This document shows, in pieces, positions 57,713 through 64,000 of a DNA stretch of 64,000 nt. The notes below the pieces were generated by a model. It worked only from the letters and a program-made list of their open reading frames with translations, was not told the origin of the DNA and searched no databases. Position numbers and translations under genes: made by a program. Within the stretch, counting starts at the first letter, position 1, and each line of letters starts with the position of its first letter. The DNA comes from Methanothrix sp. Lineage in GTDB: Archaea > Halobacteriota > Methanosarcinia > Methanotrichales > Methanotrichaceae. The stretch is from positions 1,072,899 to 1,136,898 of the forward strand of contig NZ_JADJJX010000001.1 in NCBI RefSeq assembly GCF_016706325.1, in the 5' to 3' direction.

Positions 57713-58369
57713 TCAAGGCAGGAGAAGAGATAAGCTGATGGCCAGCCCTATGGTCATGAAGAGGATGCCTGCTGCCCGGGAGATCACTTCTCTTTTCACC
57801 CTCGCTGAGATCATCCGTCCCATATAGATGGCCATGGCGGAGAGGGCGAATAGTGCTGCCATAACCCCTATGAGGACCGGGATTGGGTCATACTCCGTGG
57901 CAAAGAGGGCGGAGGCGATCTGGGTCTTGTCCCCCCACTCCGAGAGAAAGATTAAAGAGAATCCGGATATGAGGGCATTTCCAGATGGGAGTTGACGTTC
58001 TTCCTCCTCCTCTTTCTGCTCTGTCCTGAGGGCCGATATCCCAAAGAGAATGAAGATGCTGCCTGATATCAGCTTAACCAGATACATCGGTATGATCTCC
58101 GTAGCCCAGGAGCCGAAAAAGATTGCAATCCCATCTGTGATCAGAAAAGCGAGCATCACACCAGCCAGGAGTTGAGGATACTCCTTTGTCCGGGAGGATA
58201 GCAGAATCACAGAGAGCTGGGTCTTGTCTCCTATCTCCGCCAGGCCAACCGCCAGGAATGGAATTATGATCTCATCGAGGGGGATGGCCAGTGAGATCAG
58301 CCTACCTTCCCCAGAAGGGGTCTTTCTTGCGCTTGATCTCCAGGAAGTCCTCCAGCACCTCTCTCTCAT
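57713..58369 (-). CDS. UPF0016 / GDT1 (TMEM165) family cation transporter
   Basis: Two E-x-G-D-K-T repeats (LAEIGDKTQLS, LSEWGDKTQIA). The only ATG start (58369) overlaps the aIF5B 3' end by 68 nt, so a near-cognate CTG at 58300 is an alternative. Confidence 0.8.
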   Translation of the reverse strand: MRERCWRTSWRSSARKTPSGEGRLISLAIPLDEIIIPFLAVGLAEIGDKTQLSVILLSSRTKEYPQLLAGVMLAFLITDGIAIFFGSWATEIIPMYLVKLISGSIFILFGISALRTEQKEEEEERQLPSGNALISGFSLIFLSEWGDKTQIASALFATEYDPIPVLIGVMAALFALSAMAIYMGRMISARVKREVISRAAGILFMTIGLAISLSLLLP

Positions 58370-60111
58370 CCTCGGCCAGCTTGGGCTTCAGCTCCAGCTC
58401 CACAATGCGAGCGTGCTTTTCCGGTATGTTCACATACAGGATATCGCCCTCATGGATCTGCCGGCCCACAGTGGGCCCATCGATGGAGATGGCCACCTCC
58501 TGGCCGGCAGTTGCCGATCCCTGGTTCTCATTATGGGCCTGGATCCCTTTGATCGTTCCCACATTGGCGCCATCCTCCCTCATCAGATTGACCTGGGTCC
58601 TGATTATTCCACCGATGACCTGCACTCCCACCACTGCAGGCTTGGACTGGCGGAAGACACAGTCAGGCAGAAGGCGCACTGCACCTGGCCGGATGACTGC
58701 TTCCAGACGCTCTTGCTCCATCTTTATCTTCTGATCCTCCAGCCAGCGTCTCATAGCTCTCGATGATGGTGTAGATGATATCGCTGGAGAAGACAGGTAC
58801 ATCTGTCTTCTGGATCTCGCTCAAGGCATCGGGCAGGATGTCCACATTGAACCCCAGGATGGCGGAGAGAAGGGGATCGTTGATGGCAGCGGCCCTTATC
58901 ACATCCCTTCTGGATATGTGCCCCACATCAGCATAATGAATGCGAATATCCCTTGCTTTCAGCTCCCCCACCAGGGCCTCCAATGAGCCGATGGTGTCCG
59001 ACTTGAGGATTATCCCCTCGTTCTCGGTGTCTATTCTCACTGCCTCCAGCTCGGACTTCAGCTCCTGGGATAGCGCCTCCGCCTCATCTGGATTGGAGAC
59101 CACCCGGATGGTGGACCCGGCCAGGGCGTTGTCCATCTTGGGAGCTGAGACCTTCACCCCGGAGGCAGCAGTCACATGCTTGACCGGCTTGAATCTCTCC
59201 TCGCTCCTGATCTCCGCCAGAGGCTTGGGCTTGAGCAGGGCCCTGATCTTGGTGACCAGGGGCTCGCGGGAGGTGCCAACGATCACTGTATCCCCGGCAA
59301 AGAACTCTCCATTATAGAGGATGACATCCAGGGTGGTGCCCAGCCCCTTCTCCTCTTTGACCTCGAGGATGGTGCCAATCCCAGGCCCAGTGGCGGTGAG
59401 CTGCAGATTATCCTTCAGGAATCTCTGCGCCAGGCCCACCAGGATCATGAGGAGATCGGGAACCCCTTCCCCAGTCAAGGCGCTGATGGGCACAATCCCC
59501 ACTGTGCGGGTAAAATCGGTGATGCGATCATAGCGATCAGCGTCAAAGCCATACTTGTAAAGCTCCCCCACCAGCTCATAAAGCCTGGTATCGAGGGCCT
59601 CAGAGACCCTCTCGCTCTGTGCCTTCAGGCTCTTGGCGAAGGGGGCGTTGGTGGCACTGTGCCATCCGCCAATGCGGTCCATCTTATTAGCAGCCACCAC
59701 AAATGGGGTCTTGAAGCGCTTGAGGATCTTCAGGGACTCGATGGTCTGGGGCTGGAAGCCCTCGTTTATATCCACGATCAGCACTGCCAGATCGGCCAGT
59801 GAGCCCCCCCGGCTGCGCATGGAGGTGAATGCATGATGGCCAGGGGTGTCGATGAACAGCAATCCCGGAATCTGGATCTCCTTTCCGAAGTGCGATCCGC
59901 AGAAATCCTGCACCACATCCAAGGGAACCTCTGTGGCTCCGATGTGCTGGGTTATCAGGCCGGCCTCGCCCTTGGCCACTGCTGTCCCCCGGATCCTATC
60001 GAGGAGAGTGGTCTTGCCATGGTCCACATGCCCCATCACCACTACTATTGGTGTCCTGAGGTTTGATTCCTTGCCCTTTGTCTTGGCGGCCTTTTTGGAT
60101 TTTTGCTGCAT
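58302..60111 (-). CDS. infB: translation initiation factor aIF5B (IF-2), reading frame interrupted near 58745-58755
   Basis: [12 protein letters not shown] and DTPGH G-domain motifs. ORF 58663..60111 carries domains I-III and ORF 58302..58802 carries domain IV ([14 protein letters not shown]...). The frames meet at ...IIESYE|WLEDQKIK. Confidence 0.85.
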
Positions 60112-60210
60112 GAAAGATCGCTTCTCTGAGAATTAGCCCTAAAAAAGGAGTTTATTTTTTGAGAATTTAAAGGCTCCCATGAGAGCCCGGCAGATCTCTT
60201 CTGCCCGGGG

Positions 60211-60669
60211 CTACTCGTAGAGCCATTCTTCATCTATTCGCTCATATTCGACCAGCTCTGAGGGATCGAAGTGAAGGGCGATCTCGCGAGAGGCTGATGC
60301 TGGAGAGTCTGAGCCATGCACCACATTCCGCCCGGTCTCAATGCCCCAGTCACCGCGAATGGTTCCAGGGACGGCATCGGCGGGATTTGTGGCGCCGTTC
60401 ATCTTCCTCATGGCGGCAATAGCGCCCTTCCCCTCCACCACCAGGGATACAGAGGGCCCAGAGGTGATGAAATCCACCAGATCCTGATAGAACCTCTTGT
60501 CCACGTGCTCAGCATAATGCTCTTTGGCCTTCTCCTCGGGCATTTGCGCCAGCTTCATGGCCACGATCTTGAATCCCTTCTCCTCGATTCGCTGCAGGAT
60601 CTTGCCCACCAGGCCTCTCTGCACGCCATCGGGCTTGACCATGATGAACGTTCTCTCTATATCTGCCAA
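60211..60669 (-). CDS. ndk: nucleoside diphosphate kinase
   Basis: ERTFIMVKPDGVQRGL and the active-site motif NVVHGSDS. 152 aa. Confidence 0.9.
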   Translation of the reverse strand: MADIERTFIMVKPDGVQRGLVGKILQRIEEKGFKIVAMKLAQMPEEKAKEHYAEHVDKRFYQDLVDFITSGPSVSLVVEGKGAIAAMRKMNGATNPADAVPGTIRGDWGIETGRNVVHGSDSPASASREIALHFDPSELVEYERIDEEWLYE

Positions 60670-60671
60670 GC

Positions 60672-60842
60672 TTATGCCCCCTTACGGGCCCACTTCACCC
60701 TTCTGGTCACCCGGCCAAGGGCGACATTGTTCTCGCACTTGGAGGAGCAGAAATAGAATACCGTTCCATCCCTTCTGGCATAGAGCTTGCCTGTGCCCGG
60801 CTCAATGATCCTATTGCAGAAGCTGCACCTTCTCTCTTCCAT
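60672..60842 (-). CDS. rpl24e: 50S ribosomal protein L24e
   Basis: 56-aa ORF below the track cut-off: [56 protein letters not shown]. Confidence 0.85.
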   Translation of the reverse strand: MEERRCSFCNRIIEPGTGKLYARRDGTVFYFCSSKCENNVALGRVTRRVKWARKGA

Positions 60843-60847
60843 CTCCT

Positions 60848-61060
60848 TCACCTGCTGGTAAGCTTCTTGGCCTCTCTTGCTGTCTCCAGCAGCATCAGGA
60901 CGTCGCCGATTCTTATCGGTCCCATGCTGTTTCTGGTGATGATCCGGCCTTTGTTATTGCCCTCGAGGATACGGCACTTGATCTGCATTGCTTCCCCATG
61001 CATGCCGGTAACGCCTATCACCTCGATGACCTCAGCCGGTATTCCGCTATCGTCATCCAT
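60848..61060 (-). CDS. rps28e: 30S ribosomal protein S28e
   Basis: [36 protein letters not shown]...[16 protein letters not shown]. Confidence 0.9.
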   Translation of the reverse strand: MDDDSGIPAEVIEVIGVTGMHGEAMQIKCRILEGNNKGRIITRNSMGPIRIGDVLMLLETAREAKKLTSR

Positions 61061-61070
61061 TGGAGATCAC

Positions 61071-61439
61071 CTATTTCAGAGATCCGACCTTCTGGACGAT
61101 CTCATCCAGCAGCTCTTTTCCCTTGCCCGGCTCCACAATCGCCGCGGCTGCGCTCTTCACACCCAGGCCGGCGGCAGCGCCAAGCTCGCTTTGCTTCTTG
61201 ACATAGATATAGGGGGTCTTCTTCTCTTCGCATAACGCAGGGATATGGGCTACGATCTCTGGGGGCTGGACATCCTCGCCCACGATAACCAGGCGGGCCA
61301 CTCCCCTCTCAATGGCCTTGGTGGCCTCATTCGTTCCCTTCTTTATCCTGCCGGTATCGCGAGCCAGCTCCAGGGCCTCAAGTGATTTGGTAGCCAGATC
61401 AACTGGAACATCAAATCTTACATATATTGGTCTTGCCAT
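61071..61439 (-). CDS. rpl7ae: 50S ribosomal protein L7Ae
   Basis: [41 protein letters not shown]. The likely start is MARPIYV at 61439. Confidence 0.9.
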   Translation of the reverse strand: MARPIYVRFDVPVDLATKSLEALELARDTGRIKKGTNEATKAIERGVARLVIVGEDVQPPEIVAHIPALCEEKKTPYIYVKKQSELGAAAGLGVKSAAAAIVEPGKGKELLDEIVQKVGSLK

Positions 61440-61553
61440 AATTAATTCTCCTTCCGGGCCTAGCACTGCCCATCATCATTCATCGCAAAAGCGCCTTTTG
61501 GATCATACCTCAAGACTAGATCTGCCATCAGTTCCATATGTAAAAAGGTTGCG

Positions 61554-62417
61554 CTAGGGTCCGAGCAGCTCCATCAGCACCCCTTGAATATCCTCCTCCG
61601 ATACAACCCCGGATAATTCTCCCTCTGATCCCTTGATCGAATACTGCAGATCGTTCTTCAGGGCCAGATCCTTCATCCTCTGACTTGTATCAGCTGTGGG
61701 CTGGATGCAGCGGCAAACCAGATCAAAGGCAGAGCTATTGCCTGACTGGGCGACATTGAGGTTGAACTCCTTATACCCGCCGGCCAGGGGCATGATCGCC
61801 CCGCCACTGCCCAGGGCGGCAAGCTGCAGATCTCCCCCGCTCTCATCTACCAGGGTGAAGCTCTCTGCCGGCTGGCCACCGGATATGACATCGATGGTCT
61901 GCTCGATCCCCTCCTGCGGTCCGCACAGAGCAGGCCTTCCCATGGCCAAAACGAGATCCGTGCCCCTGGGGATCAGCATATAGCCCTTATAGGGTATGAC
62001 CAGGCCGTCATAGCCCATGGGATAGGGCTGGATCCAGTGGAACTCAGACCAGGTGTTGTTGAAACGGGCCACACCCAGCCTCTCGATTCTGGTGGAATAG
62101 AGCTGACCTCCATAGAGCAGGCCGATGGATTGAGGTAGGGCAATCATGGCCGCATCGGTCAGGCTCTTCGATGCATTGAGGTCGATCCAGTATGCTATAT
62201 CTGTGCTCTGTGGCGCCATCTCCAGGACATCTCTCAGCCCCTCGAAGCTCCACTCCACCAGGGTCCCCCTGACCCCAAAGGTCTCAGCGGGATCGACGCT
62301 TTTCGGCACAACAATCTGCTTCTCATCGGTGCCTAAGGGCAGATAGTAGGCGACTCCAGAGAGCACCATGAGAGTGCCAATGAGGATAGCAAAGGCCTTC
62401 TGATTCATCATCATCAC
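61554..62417 (-). CDS. hypothetical membrane-anchored extracytoplasmic protein
   Basis: 287 aa with an N-terminal TM segment (AFAILIGTLMVLSGVAYYL). No motif recognised. Confidence 0.5.
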   Translation of the reverse strand: MMMMNQKAFAILIGTLMVLSGVAYYLPLGTDEKQIVVPKSVDPAETFGVRGTLVEWSFEGLRDVLEMAPQSTDIAYWIDLNASKSLTDAAMIALPQSIGLLYGGQLYSTRIERLGVARFNNTWSEFHWIQPYPMGYDGLVIPYKGYMLIPRGTDLVLAMGRPALCGPQEGIEQTIDVISGGQPAESFTLVDESGGDLQLAALGSGGAIMPLAGGYKEFNLNVAQSGNSSAFDLVCRCIQPTADTSQRMKDLALKNDLQYSIKGSEGELSGVVSEEDIQGVLMELLGP

Positions 62418-62430
62418 TCGGTAATAATTA

Positions 62431-63882
62431 TTATTTAACCTTTCTCTGCCAGAGGGGCTCGTCCTGTATATAGCTCCGCCCTAGGGCCAAGGCGATCTCC
62501 GCCCGCTCCAGCTCCCGGCCCAGGTAGCCGGCATGGTCCAGCCTTCCCACCAATCCCTGCTCTATGAGGCTGTTGAGCACATCGCGCCCCCTCTCTCCGG
62601 CTATGGTGATCCTGCCGTTGTCGGCCATGATCCTCCCCTCAGAGAGAAAGATCCTGAAGCTCCCGGCAGGGTCGGCCTGGAAGGGGTGCTCCGTTCCCGC
62701 CTCCACCACCTCCTGGGAGGGGGCAATTTCCTGAATCCTCCTCTTCTCCTTGAGGATCAGGAGGTCCAGGCCCAGGTCTTTGGGAGGGGTCTGGCGCTCT
62801 TTGGCCAGGAGCATCATCCTCGAGGCCACAGCCAGATCATGAACGGACCCTGCCGCCTTGGCGCTGTGCTCGGGGGTAAAGAGCAGTGAGGCCTCCACCT
62901 CTGCTGCCAGGGCGCTCAGCAGCAGATTGGCCCCTGGCCCGTCTCCATCCATGAGCTCAGTGACATTGCCCGCCCCGAAGAACAGGGGTATATCGGGATG
63001 GTCCCTGCGCAGGCGGATGTATCTTTCAATCGAGCAGGTCAGGCCCATCAGGGGAGGATCGAGAACCGGATCGGCGATGGCCTGAATGGAATAGCTCCTG
63101 GCCCTCTCCAGGTTCTCCTCTATGCTGATGGGTCCAGGCCCTGGTATGACCACTGCTGGTATGCCCTCTTCTGCCACCCTCCTTCCCACCTGGGGAAGGT
63201 TCTCTGCATTCAGGCTGAGTATCATGTCCGCCCCCGCCTCGATGCCGGCAAGGATCAGGTCCGGGCGGACGGCATCTATGCTTATGGGGAGTGCAGTGAC
63301 GCCCTTGCCGTCTGGAGGGCTCTTCTGACACTGGAGGGGGTGGCATCTGTGGATGCTCCCAGGTCGATCAGGTCAGCCCCCTGCTCCTCGAAGTATCTGA
63401 TCCTCTTCCCAAGAGCCCCATCATCGAGCCGGGTGGCATCGACGACCTCTGCTAAGACCTTCATCCGCGAGCTGCCCCCGATCTTGACCCCTCTGATGGT
63501 CAGCTGGCCGGGAGCCTCTGCCTCCAGCCTCTCCAGATCGGCCATCGCCTCCTGCCTTCTCTTTCCCTCCAGCAGGGCGCAGGCCGGAATGGTGGTGGAG
63601 AGCTCAACCTCATCCAGGCGAGGCAGGAGGGAGAGAAGATCTATGGCGTGCTTCGGTCCCAGGCGGATCTTTGTCTCCAGGATCCTCTCCGCCCCTCTGA
63701 AGTCAGCAGTTATAGCCCCGGGGGATCAGTATCAGATCGTATCCTCTGGGCCCTGCCCGGCAGAGCATCTCCGGGGTGATGAATGCTGCTACATCGACAT
63801 CCAGCACCAGGACATCTGTGCCGCAAGCCGATTCTCTCACCAGATCACTGGCCAGATTTCCGGTGACGAGAAGGACCCTCAT
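62431..63882 (-). CDS. archaeal dihydropteroate-synthase-like protein (H4MPT pathway type), interrupted by two frame breaks
   Basis: Three minus-strand segments join. The first is MRVLLVTGNLASDL...DLILIP (63882->~63722). The second is GAITADFRGAERILETKIRLGPKH...MADLERLEAE...GADLIDLGASTD...VRRALQ (->~63310). The third is GKGVTALPISIDAVRPDLILAGIEAGADMILSLNAEN... (->62431). The pterin-binding TIM-barrel motifs are in order. Confidence 0.7.
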
Positions 63883-63934
63883 CTCCTGGGGCTGCCGCCC
63901 TCTCAGCCGCCCTTCTCCGCAAGAAGAGGGCTTC

Positions 63935-64000
63935 TCATCTCGCTCCGCAGTATCTCACCTCGTCCACATCCAGGGTGAGAGGCGTTCCCGGCTCAATGGA
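63935..64000 (-). CDS. 3' end of an unidentified gene entering from the window edge
   Basis: The minus frame reads ...SIEPGTPLTLDVDEVRYCGAR*. Only 21 codons are visible. Confidence 0.3.
   Translation of the reverse strand, partial: SIEPGTPLTLDVDEVRYCGAR

Noticed and set aside
58663-58802. Stop-codon readthrough (Sec/Pyl-type recoding) as an explanation for the split aIF5B and DHPS-like genes
   Set aside because: In every case the downstream homology continues in a different reading frame, not after an in-frame TGA/TAG. Readthrough cannot restore the protein.
62998-63978. 326-aa plus-strand ORF
   Set aside because: It is an antisense shadow of the DHPS-like gene in GC-rich DNA. The product is Pro/Ser/Arg-rich, while the minus strand carries clear family homology.

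Overview
GC-rich archaeal chromosome segment. Gene content points to an acetoclastic methanogen of the Methanothrix/Methanosaeta type: mcrC, an H4MPT-type dihydropteroate-synthase-like gene, aglB, the anaerobic cbi pathway and archaeal information-processing genes. Most of the window is conserved core: nitrilase-priS-GINS; the L44e-S27e-aIF2alpha-Nop10-PAC2 superoperon; tldD/pmbA, prs, azlCD, aglB, tRNA-Ile, queD, dphB, mcrC, apgM; argC-CBS-argJ-argH; an epimerase-GT4-GT2-Wzm-Wzt glycan cluster; nikR; orc1/cdc6; cbiT-L-F-G-H-C-D-E; tfb-gar1, nog1, thermosome, csp; and aIF5B-ndk-L24e-S28e-L7Ae. Three AT-rich accessory or non-coding patches stand out. (1) 1-5160 holds a decayed IS21, a lone NACHT/STAND-like P-loop NTPase and an IS1634-like element. 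(2) 37100-37830 is a predicted oriC next to orc1/cdc6, with ORB elements and a 16-bp tandem array. (3) 38316-39546 is a dead IS4/IS5-type element. One more full ORB copy sits 12.3 kb away at about 50.08 kb. Several conserved genes carry frame breaks or lack a canonical start codon (priS, cbiG, aIF5B, the DHPS-like gene, possibly the UPF0016 gene). This means either indel-prone sequence or real recoding/decay, and I cannot tell which from the sequence alone. I found no CRISPR array, rRNA or clear multi-gene defence system. The best candidates for something new are the isolated NACHT-like NTPase island, the origin architecture with its orphan ORB, and a structured leader upstream of nikR.
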